From: Heptranchias perlo
Lineage: Eukaryota
Assembly (NCBI RefSeq): GCF_035084215.1
Contig: NC_090356.1
Location: 15,810,001-15,874,000, forward strand
Reading direction: 5' to 3'
DNA: 64,000 nucleotides
A program made the position numbers and the translations under genes. The notes under the pieces were generated by a model. The model did not search any database, was not told the DNA's origin, and saw only the letters and a program-made list of their open reading frames with translations. Of this stretch, positions 24,191-37,640 are shown one piece after another (within the stretch, counting starts at the first letter, position 1; each line of letters opens with the position of its first letter).

Positions 24191-24706
24191 ATGGAATACT
24201 CTCCACTTGCCTGGGTGAGTGCAGCTCCAACAACACTCAAGAAGCTTGACACCATCCAGGACAAAGCAGCCCGCTTGATTGGCACCGCATCCACCACCCT
24301 AAACTTTCACTCCCTTCACCACTGGCGCACAGTGGCTGCAGTGTGTACCATCCACAGGATGCACTGCAGCAACTCGCCAAGGCTTCTTTGACAGCACCTC
24401 CCCAACCCACGACCTCTACCATCTAGAAGGATAAGGGCAGCAGGCACATGGGAACAACACCACCTGCATGTTCCCCTCCAAGTCACACACCATCCCGACT
24501 TGGAAATATATCGCCGTTCCTTCATCGTCGCTGGGTCAAAATCCTGGAACTCCCTTCCTAACAACACTGTGGGAGAACCTTCACCACACGGACTGCAGCG
24601 GTTCAAGAAGGCGGCTCACCACCACCTTCTCATGGGTAATTAGGGATGGGTAATAAATGCTGGCCTCGCCAGCGACACCCACATCCCATGAACAAATAAA
24701 AAAAAA
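24191..24706 (+). mobile_element. 5'-truncated copy of the 7162-10440 LINE family
   Basis: 'MEYSPLAWVSAAPTTLKKLDTIQDKAARLIG...' nearly identical to the long copy; ends in poly(A). Confidence 0.92.
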
Positions 24707-26996
24707 TCACACCACAAGATAACTTATTTAAGTCTTTATCACGTAGCCATGTTTCAGCATCTGCCTTCCTCACAGCAGCTGTCTGTCTCTCTGTCTATTG
24801 AGGTAGCAGTGCTGATTAGTTATTCTAATTTATGTTGAATCCATTTGAATTCCAGCAATAACAATTAATATAATTACATGGCGAGGCTGATGGAAATGTG
24901 CACATCACAGTATGAGGCCGCACATCAGTGTTCCTCATAGTGTTGATCAACCAAGAACTAATGACACTCTTCACAAATGTAAATGAACAATATCAGCGTT
25001 GCCTAGTAGGGCCCTGCTGATTGATGGAATATAATTAGTGAATTGATTAAGAATTTTAAGTGACAGATAATTAATGATACATTCATCTTGTTATTGAGCA
25101 AGGGGCTAGGTGCTTGACACTAGGGTATGCACACGTCCATTTGGGGTCATTCAGGCTTCTGTTCTTTGAACATTGCAACAATGCCATAATAAAATAACGA
25201 CTGAAATATGTTTCAGGCTTTATTTTCTTAGTTGGACAGTTGACATTTGTATTGGCTATAAATGTGACACACTTATCATACATGTCCTTATTAGCTATTA
25301 AATATCTTTGATCAATATACTGCCTTTCTGATGAGGCCCAGCTCTAATTATTCACTGTTTCAATAATTTGCAGATTGTCCAATTAAAAGATAATTATTTG
25401 GCACAGTCCCACCCTCTCATAAACTGCAGTTAAGCATAAGACTTTTTAGGAACAGGAAATGGTCATTAATTGCAACAACCCTGTCTTTTTTTAATAGATC
25501 AACCCTACTCACCTGTTTCTCACCATATCCCTCAATTCTTTCTTTCTGCAGATATGCATTTATTTGCCACTTAAAGCCATTTATACTATCTGCCTCAAAT
25601 GGCATTTCCTGGTAACTTATTTATCATATTTATTACCCTTGCTGTAAAAAGAGTTCTGCCCAACTTCCCATCTTCCTCCTAACATATGCTGAATTAGGAG
25701 TAAACCTGTAATCCACTTCATTAAAAAAAGTCAAGACTATTTCTGTTAGTCCCATGTTAGCAAATCCTTCTGTTGCTCTGTCATGGTGGCTGCCATATTA
25801 TTTTGTGAAGCATGTGATCCAACTGACAGTGCTTAGTGTCTACTGCAGGACAGTGTCAGCCTGAACCACCTCAACTCAAGTTAAGGCAGTGTGGTTAAAA
25901 CAAAGTCATGGCAAACTGTTACTTGTTTATCAATGTACAATTGTGTTAGAAGATTTTTAGGAGCAGGAAAGAGTATTACGTGCAATAAGCCTGTCCCTTT
26001 TGATAGATCAGCTCCATAGATCCAGCTTCTTACCACATCCATCAATCTCTAGAAACACATCTAATTGCAGGTTGGAAATATCCACACCACTTCAATGTTC
26101 ATCTGTGAGGATGTGAAGATTGTAAAGGTGGAGTGGCATTATTTTATTCTCTCCACAAAGCAACTCAGAAGGGTCCATGGCCATGATGTACCACTGCACA
26201 GCAACATACAGCCCTTGTTTGCCCACCACCGATGCCTTTTTTTTAACCCGGGATCAGGAACTCACCCTGTGCCTCCTCCTCAAACTCACTTTTAACCTCC
26301 TGGGCGTGTTTTTGACGCTGTTTGGGCGCAGGAGGCTAGCCCCCTAAATTGGACCTCTGTGCCCCCTGTTTTCCACCCCAGCTCCAGTCATATTGCATAA
26401 CTGTGCTGTACTTATATATTAGGACAGGCCCCTAATGACTAAACTGGCGAGTGTAGATTCTGAGTGGAAAACATTTTCTACTCAAAGAAATGTAAGCTGG
26501 AAAATTTCGGACAGATGGAAAATCAGCTTAAAAATTTCCAACCCAAATCTAATTTGCTACCTGATGGAAACAGTATAGAATTTACAAACACTGCCAAGCA
26601 GCCTTCTTATAATTTTTTTTTACAAAATAAGCAAGTACAAACACACTCAGGAAAGCAAAGGAACCTAAAAGGCTGCCATCAGTTTTTCTTTTAAAATCGA
26701 ACAATAATTCTAGAATAAGAAAAAAAAAACACGTTTCAGGACAGATTACACATTTGTTGTTGAGTCAGATTCAATCACAGTCCATATTTCCTGGAACTGG
26801 TGATCTGGGGATTGCAGCTGTTTACAAGGCAGAAGTGTTGAATAATTTAATAAAGCGTTAAAGTATTATACGCCTTGTCTAATTGTTAAATTAATTTCCT
26901 TAACCCACTGAGGGCTGATTTCTTGAGACTTTCAAAATGCCTGTTGTTTTTTTCATAATGCAAAACAAATCCAAGAAACTATTTTCGAATTCTAAG

Positions 26997-28030
26997 ACCC
27001 GATTTGAACTCCATCCCAATTGCTGGGGGTGGGCGGTTTGGGTGAGTAGGTAGCGGGATGAGTTCATATCTCGCCCACAGCCCCAGAAAACAGGCCTGGG
27101 ACATTTTAACTCTCGGGCCACGTTAGAATCTCACGGATGGGCTTCCCACCCGATTCGTTGACCTGCCAGGAAAATAGCCCATTTCCGGAGCGCCAATTTC
27201 TGGCGGATCAGCCAGAGGCCTATTTAAAGTGGCAACGCACATCTTAAAGTGGTGTTGTACCTTCTGACTCCTGGGTAAATGTTGCTGAATAGAGAAGGGG
27301 AATGCTAGAGATGTCAAGGAAACAAGCCTCCCAGTTCTCTGTGCCTCCCTGGAGGTCCTACTGGAAGAGGTCACAGTGAAGAGGGAAGTTCCCTCTCCAG
27401 CCAGTGGCAGAAGGATCCCAAAACACCGAGTCCATCAGGCATGGAGAGTTATTGCACAGTATATCAGTTCCAGGAGCATCACCCCCAGGACCTCTCACCA
27501 GTAGCAAGGGTGAGTACAGCTCTTCATTTCTCTATCACTCTCATCTCTATCCCCCTCCCCAACCATACTCAACAATTCCCTCCCCTCCATTACATCCTTC
27601 ATCACCCAACATAAGGGCACACTAGACCACTTCTCATTCTCATTACAAACACACACTCATGACTACCATGCAGAGTCTGGGCTGAAATCTATATTCCACC
27701 TTGGAGAGGCAGACATTCACTTTGGACAGCTATTTGGACTGAATTTTTTTGTGTTTTTTTTTGCTACTGACACTCAAGTTTTCATGAGCCTGTGTACCAA
27801 TTTGTCTAATTTGGTTTTTGTCTCTAGCACCATTACTGGCACCAATGGGTTTCCCAATTGGAATCCCCCTATCTGGTGTGTTTGGAAGAGGAGGACCAAC
27901 AGAGGGATGTCAGGCTGCAGGAGAGACAGTTCTGTGCTCACCTGCCAGCACATCTGCATCTGCAGACAGAGGTGACCCTATATTGGCAGATGATTAGTGT
28001 GTGCAGAAGCTTCTATTCAAAAAGAAAGCT
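26997..28030 (+). mobile_element. Degraded Harbinger remnant with Myb/SANT-like exon (27311-27509)
   Basis: 'MSRKQASQFS/ASLEVLLEEVTVKREV...HQAWRVIAQYISSRSITPRTSHQ*' followed by a GTGAGT donor, homologous to 43425-43664. Confidence 0.65.
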
Positions 28031-28149
28031 GTGACAACAGACCAGATGGCACAAATAAGATATCTGACTAACCATTATGTTTGAGGTGTTTCTGAAAAAC
28101 TATCAATCATAGTATGTAATGATTCTGTCCTACTCTTACCACTAAGTCT

Positions 28150-28487
28150 TGGTTTCAAGCCCCTCTCCAGGACTTCAGTACATAATCTAGGCTGACACTT
28201 CAATGCAGCACTGAGGGGGTGCTGCATATTGGAGATGTTGTGTCCCTGTTCAGGTAGGCGTAAAAGATCCCTTAGCACTATTTAAAGAAGAACAAGTGTC
28301 CCAGTGTCCTGGCCAACATTTATTTTTCAACCCACACCACCAAAAACAGATTAACTCGTTCCTCTCACTGCTCTTTATAGAATCTTGCTGTGTACAAATT
28401 GATTGCTGTGTTAGTAGCATGACCACACTTCAAAAATACTTAATTGGCTGTAAAGCGCTTTGGAATGTCCTAAGGGTGTGAAAGGTG
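28150..28487 (+). mobile_element. Deu-SINE, degraded
   Basis: B-box remnant, Deu body and tail. Confidence 0.75.
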
Positions 28488-28622
28488 CGAGCACCTTCTT
28501 CCTACACGTAGGATAGCAGTCTGTTCTAAAACACACTGCAGATATTCTGTAAAACAAAGGGTAAATCCCTGAGCACTGCAAAACTGAAACTCAGTTAAGG
28601 CACCATTACATTCTGGTATTAC

Positions 28623-28712
28623 CAGAAGGTCAAAGGTGAAGGACCCTGTTCGGCTGGAACTGAATGAGACCTCAAGGTTATGAATAGTAAACTGAACAAT
28701 ATGATATGGGCC
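28623..28712 (-). CDS. Candidate host exon (GPYHIVQFTIHNLEVSFSSSRTGSFTFDLL)
   Basis: Acceptor gtctttttgtggcAG, donor CTG|GTAATA, 90 nt, phase 0-0. Confidence 0.35.
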
Positions 28713-29576
28713 CTGCCACAAAAAGACTAACAAGCAGGAAGATTTTGGAACAGTTGGTGTTATTGCTTCAATGTCCTGATCATTAACCAGCAATAAGAAG
28801 TGAAGAGCCAGGCCATTGTCAAACTAATTGACATCCAGCAATCATAGTTCTGACACCTGGCAATCTCGTTGATTGACACCTTGGAAACGACCCACGTGGC
28901 AGTTAATCCTCTTGATCCATCTACAAAGGTTTTGTCCCATAAGTGAGCTAGTCTTAAAATATAGTTAAAGTCCAAAATTATGCTTATCCCTACCCCTAAT
29001 TTATTTTAGAGCAGAGCAGAGAGAACAAGGCAGATTCCAAAACTTCCAATCAATTATTAGATACTTTCTAGAAAGGACAGAAGGTCAAAAAAGGAGTTTT
29101 GAAGAACTTTGGAAGCAGTTCTGCAAAAAGCAGAGTGATTGTTCAGAGTAAAACTTGTAAAATGTATCACAGCTATTGGTTAATAGCTTAAGTCACTGAA
29201 CACAGAAAGTAAAGTAACAGAATGCAGTACAGACTGATAACATACATGCAATGTTAGTTAAGCTAGGATGAGAAGATGACCAAAGAAAGAAAACAACAAC
29301 CATGAAGGGCAATTCACTAAAGACATCTCTAGAGGAGGAGATGACCACCCTAGAGGAAGTTAAACACCTAATGCTACAACAGCCAACCTGATGGATGGAC
29401 ATGGTTATATAACTGCACTTATATCAGGAGTGGGCTGAATGTTCCTGGCTCAGAGTTCACCAGTGATATACTAGATACAAACAGTAAACGTAATCTTGCT
29501 AAGCTGTACTGCAATTTTGTGAATACAGTTCTATAATGTTGTCAGTAAGCAAAGACCCAGCTAATGCTGTGATATT

Positions 29577-29674
29577 GGCCAGGAAATTCCTCGGAACTGC
29601 TCTGGCTCCACTGCAGCAATTTCATCGGAAGTGCAGCGGAAATGCCGGGAGCAGTTTGGAGGAATTTCCCAGCC
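29577..29674. mobile_element. 98-bp palindromic MITE with 3-bp TSD (ATT)
   Basis: GGCCAGGAAATTCCTCGGAACTGCTC ... GAGCAGTTTGGAGGAATTTCCCAGCC, flanked by ATT on both sides. Confidence 0.7.
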
Positions 29675-30565
29675 ATTGTGATACTTATTGTAATTCTCAA
29701 TGCTTAACCTTATGATATTCATTGTTAATTAAATCAAGTAGTACCAGTTGATGCATCTCTGTGTTTGACTTCATCTGTCATGTTCATTCTTCTTCAGGCC
29801 AGAAAAAAAAGTAGGTCGAAAGTGGAGGGGCGGGGGAACACAGTACGGCTATTGCCTGTTATGCATCACCAAGAAGACCAATTTCAGCCCAATGTTTTGT
29901 CCCACCCCCCCGCCCATAACAATTCTTTGCTTTATATCAGGAGTATATGTTCCTTGCTGTATCTGGTCTCACTGTAAAGACTGTAGTAAATGCATATTGT
30001 GTTCTCATGTACGTTTTCTGTCACTGTCAAGAAGATCACCATTATTGAATAGTATTGTCAATGTCTTATGGTTCTCACACATAAATTCATGATACTGTTA
30101 CCAAATGCCATTAGAACAACCTCTCATGTCAATTGTAATCTTACCAGCACCAGAAAGATGGTTCTTTTTATAGTTCCACTGATCAAGATTTACTTAAACA
30201 GGTAATTGTTCATGAATATTTGAACATTGTTATAAAACACTCGTTGGAACCCTTATCCCAATTAAAGCATATCAATACTACCTGGCCATATTCCTGTTTC
30301 TCTTGAATCATCTACAACCTCCTTTCTACTCCTTTAATGCCTGACTGTACTGACCCCTTAAGTCTGGAATATGAACTACTTGCTAACAACACTTCTTACC
30401 ATGAGTTTTCACCTGCCATATTGTGACATCACAACCAATGCTTCTTGCCTCAAGCCGCATTAGGTTTTTAACATTTTACACAAAGCAATTAACCTCAAAA
30501 TCCTATGAAGAAAGTTTTGCCCAGTTACTAAGGAACTAGTTGGGTTTCAGCATTGCTGAAACACT

Positions 30566-30751
30566 GGGGGTAATTTTAACCTAACCCCCGCCCCCCCGCC
30601 CCCCCGCCCCTTACGGGAAACTGACTGGATCAGATCAACCGCCCTTATTTTCCAATGGAAATCAGGCAGGATGTAAAAGAGGCGGCTGATCTGATCTCTG
30701 ATCTGAAACTGATCAGTTTCCCACTGGGCTAGTTAGGTCTAAATTACCCCC
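30566..30751. mobile_element. Palindromic MITE, Harbinger-like
   Basis: TIR GGGGGTAATTTTAACCTAAC / GTTAGGTCTAAATTACCCCC (18/20) plus internal inverted segments. Confidence 0.75.
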
Positions 30752-30898
30752 AAAGTATTTAGTAATAGGATACTACAGATGCTTTATGTCACAGTCAAAC
30801 ATATTGGTCATATGTAGGTATTAGAAGTCAAATGATGTTGTACACACACCAAGCAATCATAGGTAATACTATACATTATTGTAGGCTTAGCTTCATAC

Positions 30899-31196
30899 CA
30901 ATTCAGTGTGCTTAACTGCTGGATATTCCCATTTCAGTACCAGACATGCCTCTCCAGACTCTTGATCCCAAACATTCTGGCCACAGCGTTTTATGCTGTG
31001 AGAGTAATTTTGGACGCTGTGTCTTCCCCTGCTGTTCTTCCTGGTCTGACAGTTGAAGGCATATGATTCCTTGCTTGTTTTTTTTTGATGTTGCTGAATT
31101 ATTTCTGGACCTTGACAGGTGCAGACAGCATTCAGCTCGCTCTTGATTTCCTCATGTATATTCTTCTTGATGTAAAGATGGAAGAGAGTGATGCTC
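30899..31196 (-). CDS. Candidate host exon, 99 codons (SITLFHLYIKKNIHEEIK...ACLVLKWEYPAVKHTEL)
   Basis: Acceptor tgatttcattgtAG, donor TTG|GTATGA, open throughout, phase-compatible with 28623-28712; protein not recognised. Confidence 0.35.
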
Positions 31197-31544
31197 CTAC
31201 AATGAAATCATTGCTCTCTTCAACAAAAAAGGACATTTCTGTGTCAGATATGAACCTTTTGTGGATTTGCACATTAAGTTGCAATTTTCTAACCAGCACA
31301 GCTGGAATACTGCCTGCCCGGTGTCTTATGGGATCAAGGGTCTTATTAGTGCTTATTAAAGACCTAAACAATGATTAAGAAAGCAGAGCTCCAATCGGGT
31401 GGTTTAACCTCCCATTGAGCAAGAGTGACGCTGCTTCTGATCAAAAGATGCTGCGTTCCTGAGTGGGAGGCATTTGAGCAAATTGCACAGAAAAATATGC
31501 TTTAAATGGCCTTTAACGTTCAATTGCCTCCTAAATCTCTATAG

Positions 31545-32760
31545 GCACTGTTTAAGGACATGGGAATGTACAGGAGTTGAAAAAATTATTGCAGACGATC
31601 TAGCCAGTCCCAATGTTTGGGAAATGTCTTATCACATGATGCCTCTCACACCCCTCGATCACATTTTTTGCCAGGTACTTATCCAATTCTCTCAATTTTG
31701 CTGATGCAATCAGTTGCCACTGCCTCCTTTGGCAGTCCATTCTATACACTCACTGCCTTCTTTCGTTTATGTGCATTGTATTCAACAATGACCCCAGTAC
31801 TGATCCCCAGGGCACCCCACTAGTTACCTCCCTCCATGCTGGATCAAGCTCCATGTACAACACCATCCTTTGCTTCCTCTGCTTCAGACAGTTTATAAGC
31901 TATTTCCACAGCACTCCATCCGTTGCATGCCTTCCAGTCCTATGGATCAATCTCCTGTGTGGCACTACATCAAAAAAGCTTTGCTGAAATCTAAGTAAAA
32001 AAACATGTATTGAGTTCCCCCTTTCCACAAGGTTTTTACACTTCAAAAGAATTCTTAACAGATTTATCAGGCATGTGATCTTCCTCTATAAATCCATACT
32101 GGCTCCTTCATAGGAACAGGAGTGGGCCACTCAGATCCTCGGGCCTGTTCCACCGTTCAGTTAGATCATGGCTAATTTGTACCTTAAATCTATTGTACCT
32201 GCCTTTGCTCCATATCCCTTGATACCCTTACCTAACAAAATCTATTGATCTCAGTCTTGAAAATTTCCATTGACCCAGCACCCACAGCTCTTTGGGGGAG
32301 CGAGTTCTAGACTTCCACAACCCTTTGTGTGAAAAAGTGTTTCCCGATTTCACTCCTGAATGGCCTAGCTCTAAATTTAAGATGATGCCCTCTTGTTCTG
32401 GATTCCTCCACCCAAGGAAATAGTTTCTTTGTATCTATCCTATTGAATCCCTTTATCACTTTAGACTCCTTTATTAGGTCACCCCTCAACTTTCTAAACT
32501 CAAGGGAATACAAGCCAAGTTTATGCAACCAGTCTTCATAATTTAACCCTTTGAGCCTCGGTATCATTTTGGTGAACCTGTTCCCTACCCCCTCCAGGGC
32601 CAATCTATCCTTCCTGAGGTTTGGTGCCCAAGGCTGAATGCATTACTTCAGATGGGAGATGGCCAATTGAAGCATCACTTCCTCACTTTTGTATTCCAAC
32701 CCCTTCAGATAAAGGCCAACATCCCATTAGCCTTTCAGATTACTTTTTGTACCTTTTTTA
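31545..32760 (-). mobile_element. Cluster of CR1 fragments
   Basis: RT remnant (GVP-GSVLG near 31800) and 3' region 'RFTKMIPRLKGLNYEDWLHKLGLYSLEFRKLRGDLI'. Confidence 0.8.
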
Positions 32761-34006
32761 TAGTTCTTCATTATCCTGACATATACACCAGTGTTTTCAG
32801 CTCTAGTAGTGCTAGTACTGAAGATGTTATAGGCCAGTTATATAGGCCATTTGTATCACTGCAAAATTACTTCAGGCTTGTATTCATGCAAGATGTACAG
32901 TATAACCTATGTGAAGTTGCTAAATTCAACTTTAGACGGGCAACGTAAGATCATCTCAGGGCGGTAGTTTAATACTTCTTCGGCCTCACACTAATTGCAG
33001 GGTAACTCTAACTGGTGCAAAGGCGCTTCTTAAACATCACTTTTAACTTTTCAAATACAATGCGGACTGCCTCACTAGCTCATTCTTAGTGGTAAAATTT
33101 AACTGGGGTTTGAATCCCGGTGAATGTTGTGGTTTTCCCCAACTACAGTGCGACGCAGAGCCAGCAGTGTAAATGTGGGCTGCCAACCTTCTGTTGCTTT
33201 AACCAGGGAACAGTATTATAACTGTGCCCTTAAAGAAATCTGCAATGAGGTTCATTATCAAATCAGGCTTAACAGCGCACATTACCATTTTATTTAAAAT
33301 GCACAACTTATCAGGCCCGAAACACTTCAGTGTTGTAGGAATTGCAATTGACCTGTTTCTGACATTGTCATTCGTCAAGGCTGGCTTTGCAGCACACTAA
33401 AACTATAAAGCTGATTAAATCTGCAGTTTGCTTTTGGCAGTATTATAATCAGTTATTGTTACTTCAAGCTGATTTCTTCATCTGTAAGATTTTGCAGAAT
33501 TTGGCTGGAGATTCTTCATAACAGACGTTCCTTTGTGTGTTGTTTTGGGAATGAACCACCATCTGCGCTCATTTTTTGGCTGAATTTGCATTCACACTGA
33601 TAGAAGCCTCTACAGAGATTAAGATCCGGTTTTCTTCTCTATTTGAAGTTTTTTTTAAGCATGGGTGCCAGTATTTGCTGCGACCCTTGAATAATTGAAA
33701 AAAAACTGCTGCTGTGGTTTATCATCAATAATGAATGTAGAGAAAGTAGCTGTCCCATATCCATTAAAAAAAAAATCAGACTTTAAAATTACAAATGATT
33801 TGGGGAAGCACAATGTAAGGATCATAACAATAAACTTCAAAGAAGAAAATTAATAGGTTAGAGCCAAGTAATAATTGTAATTTTTCTCATCATATAACAG
33901 TGAGAGATTTGACAGTCATTATAAACGTGCATTGTACGGAGTGCAATAAAGTGCTAAAAATAAACAGTTATTGCAAAATCAAATTCTTGCGTTGAAGTTG
34001 CCCTGG

Positions 34007-34495
34007 TTGGCTCCATCAATGGCTTATGAGGAAATGCACCACTAAGTGTAGTGCTGAGTCCTACAGACCACGATAATCTGAGTTTCAATCTCCAAGCTGT
34101 GTCGAGTTAGCTGATCTAAGCCCATGAAGCAGCTGGGATAATACAGGTGGCCTCTGTGCTTCTAAACTAGGGTGGAATAAAATCAATATTCCTACTCTTG
34201 ATCATCACGCGATGACCACCTTGTATCTATGGGGGTGTTGTGCATCCATCCCTCCCTTCGCCCCACCACCAGCCATGCCTTCAGCCATGCTCTGGAATTC
34301 TCTCCCGTAACCTCCCTCTGCTCCTAAGAAACCCTCCTTAAAACTCATCTCTTTAACCATACTTTTAGCCACCCCTCCTAATATCTCCATCTTTGGCTCA
34401 CTCTCCATTTTTCATCTGATTATGCCTCTGTGAAGCACCTTGGAGCATTTTTCTATCTTAAAAACACTACATAAGTACGAGTTGCAGTTGTCATT
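34007..34495 (+). mobile_element. LF-SINE-like head (34007-34205) followed by an L2 3' end (34245-34495)
   Basis: Similarity to other in-window copies of each family. Confidence 0.55.
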
Positions 34496-36307
34496 GCAGA
34501 CAGCAATCAGACTGATTTCCCTTTCTTGCCAAGGGACGTTGAAGCCAATCGTAGCACCCAGTCGCTGTCCTTGCCGATCTGTGATGACGGTGTCGCTTCC
34601 CATTTTGAAGAATCCTTGCTGCTGCTGACTCACAAATACTGTGTTCCCATATGGGTAGCAGTTGAGCAGATTGCATGAAAAATAAGTGGGCAGAGTATTT
34701 ACTGAATCTGTAATTCAGCGAGCTGAATGTTTTTCTTTTAAGGCAGGTAAAATACAGAATTAAGAAATGAGAGACAAGCAATGATACAGGTTTGACTTGC
34801 TTTGAGTGAGTAATTTCTGGTCACCACCTTGAATCAACACAACTAATTAGCAACTTCAATTTCAACCAGTCTCCCTAGTATTTATTAGAGAGCTTTCTAG
34901 CTTTTTGCTAAGTGGAGGTCATACAATTCAAAGTTGCCATATTTAGTATTTCCATAAACTTGATTGATGCATGTGAGATATCACATCTGTTACTAGAGAC
35001 CATTATAAGTGCAGTCACACACAAGCTGATAGAGAAAGATAATTTAGTAGCAATGAGCAAAACAGCCCAAATTTGCACATCATTTAACTTATTTTGTTTA
35101 TAAGTAGCAGTAGTCGATTTAAAACATTTGTAAAACTGATTTAAATGAAAAACCAGTTAGCCAAAAAATAAAAGGTGCACTGATCTTTCTCGTTGAATGT
35201 TGAGTGTTTTCAGGCATGGTCCAGATACTCTGTACCTTTTTAATTAGTTTAATTTCTGCATTGAACTGTTACGTTACATGAATGAAATACAATGCAAGTG
35301 TGAAATATCCAAAAGTCAATCTGCTTCACATGAATGCCCATATTCTTTTAAATTTCTGTTTCTACTCTTTGCATAGCAGCACAGAACAGTTAGCCCTGAA
35401 ATGCTTAATGTTCAGAAGAAAATTCTTTTAATGCTTTGTGATATCATCTCCAACAGGAAGTCACAATGACGTTTCTGCCCTTTATTTGACATTGGTTTAA
35501 TAAAAAAGGGAACAATCCTTGCTGCAAAATGGAAAACTATTTTGTTTCTTGAACAATACAGTCACATCCAATTATAAGTGCTATTGATGAATGGAGATTA
35601 GCAGTGTTATGAACTTCTTGAGCATCATTTTTCAACAAACACGCATACACATACATATACACATACATATATATACATATAATGCAATTTTAGACAGCAG
35701 GCAATTTCTTATGGCTCTTGCATATGGGTGTGAAATGCCCTCACTGTTTGGAAAGTAAACTCTAACACACCGTAGTATTTAACACCCCAGCCTCATGACA
35801 TTTTTATAATTCCATCCCTTCCCTCCAGAATTGCCCCCTATCTGAAGCAATCACACATGGGCTGTAGACAGCCACCGGTACTCTTCCAAGTGACCATTCT
35901 TCATGTGCGAGTCACCAGTGGGTATTGGAACCATTCAACCATTGGGGACCGCAGCAGCCTACAAAAGATTGTCTGATTGAAATCAATACTTTCAGGGCCT
36001 TGTCAGCATGTCAGAATTTGCTGACACAAATCAGCACAATTGAGTTGCCCCTCTACACCACCAGCCCACCCACCCTTCCCGCATCCAGTGGCTAATCCAT
36101 GGGATAGGCCAGGCTTCTCCTCTTTGTGTCACCCTCGGCACTAATAGCCCGGATTACTGCCTCTGTATACTGGAGATAGGAACTCCATGAGAATGTGAGT
36201 TTCAATCTCCAGTATACAGAAAAGGAAACCTGGGCCACAAGGGCTGGACATGTACAAAGAGGAGGAGCCTTTTCGATCATCAGCCACCAGACTTTGGTAG
36301 GAGCAAG

Positions 36308-36625
36308 TGGTGGGGGGGGGGGGGGGGGAGAATAAATGCCATGGGGAGGGGAGAGTCTGCAGAGTGAGGAGAATGCAAGGATATGAGGGAAAGGGGCATA
36401 ATACATGTCAAGGGAAGGGGAGGAGAGGGGAAATAATACACGGGGAGGGGGAGGGGCAGAATGTAAAGGGAGAGGAAAGAGAAAAATGCATGGAGATAGT
36501 AGGGGCAGAAAGTATGGGGAAGGGAGAAGAGCAGAATTCAAGGGATGGAGAAAGGGGCAGACTACAAGAGAGGGGAAGAATACACAGGAATGGAAGGGGT
36601 AGAATGTGTGTTAAGGGAGGGGAGC
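36308..36625 (+). repeat. G/A-rich low-complexity tract with poly-G
   Basis: Direct reading; strong purine bias. Confidence 0.8.
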
Positions 36626-37069
36626 AGAAACTTCAAATGTCACTTTATTTTTCATTCCTTTTGCATTCAAAATCTATAAATTTTAAAAGTGCTTAAAATT
36701 AACTGCATCATTTTTAATGTAATTTTATTCCCATGGAGATCATAACCCCAAACCCCAGTGTAAATACACCAGCAGTTTTGTGCCTTCAATATTTGTTTTT
36801 TTTCCTTCAGGTCTTCATGTACTTTATGTTTTTTGTTCCTCCAATATAAGGCAAGGAATGCTGTGTATACTTGCTGCTTAAGGTACAAAAGTCATGTACC
36901 TACTTGTTCTCAAGTTCTTGAGCTGTCAGCTTTTTTGGAAGCAGTTAGTCAGCTTTTGCTACTTTTCTAGGTTGGCATGTAGGTTCATAATTTCACTTCA
37001 CCTGTCACAGATTTGAGCTCTTACCATCTATAACTCTTAAAGGAGTTCAGACCTTTGATGAAAAGAACT

Positions 37070-37640
37070 ATTCTGATTACCTGCCGAGACAGTTGAGCAC
37101 TACAATTAACCTCAGCACCTCTGGGAGGTAAAAATCAAGCAGGTTTCCTACGCTTGGACACTTCCCAGTGATCCCGGTTTGAAAGAGCACATGTGTAGAT
37201 TTGAGAACAAGATTGGCCTCATCTGCAATGCCTGCTGTGATCAAATAGGCTACCAGCGCACATTATTTAGGCTCACGCATGAAGAAAGAACTTGCACATC
37301 TCTCGCACCTTTCACAACCTCAGGACGTCCCGAAGTGCTTCATAATCAATGAGGCACTTTTGAAGTGTAGTTGCTGTTGTAATGTAGGAAAAGTGGCAGC
37401 CAATTTGTACACAGCAAGGCCCCACAGACAGCAATGTTATAATGACCAGATAATCTGTTTTAGCGACGTTGGTTGAGGGATAAATATTGGCCAGGACTCC
37501 CCTTCTCTTCTTCAGATAGTGCCATGGGATCTTTTAAATCCACCTGAGAGTGATTATTTGGATGTGTACCAGGGGGCAGTCAGTGCCTCTTCAACCATAT
37601 TCCAGAAAAAATCAGCGCCTTTTAATTAAAGAGGGGAAAA
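37070..37640. mobile_element. LF-SINE-like element (+) interrupted by a Deu-SINE fragment (37286-37550, -)
   Basis: Outer element breaks at 'gctcacgcatgaagaa' and resumes after 'cacctgagag'. Confidence 0.6.

Noticed and set aside
36092-36696. ORFs over the G/A-rich tract
   Set aside because: Low-complexity sequence lacks stop codons by composition.
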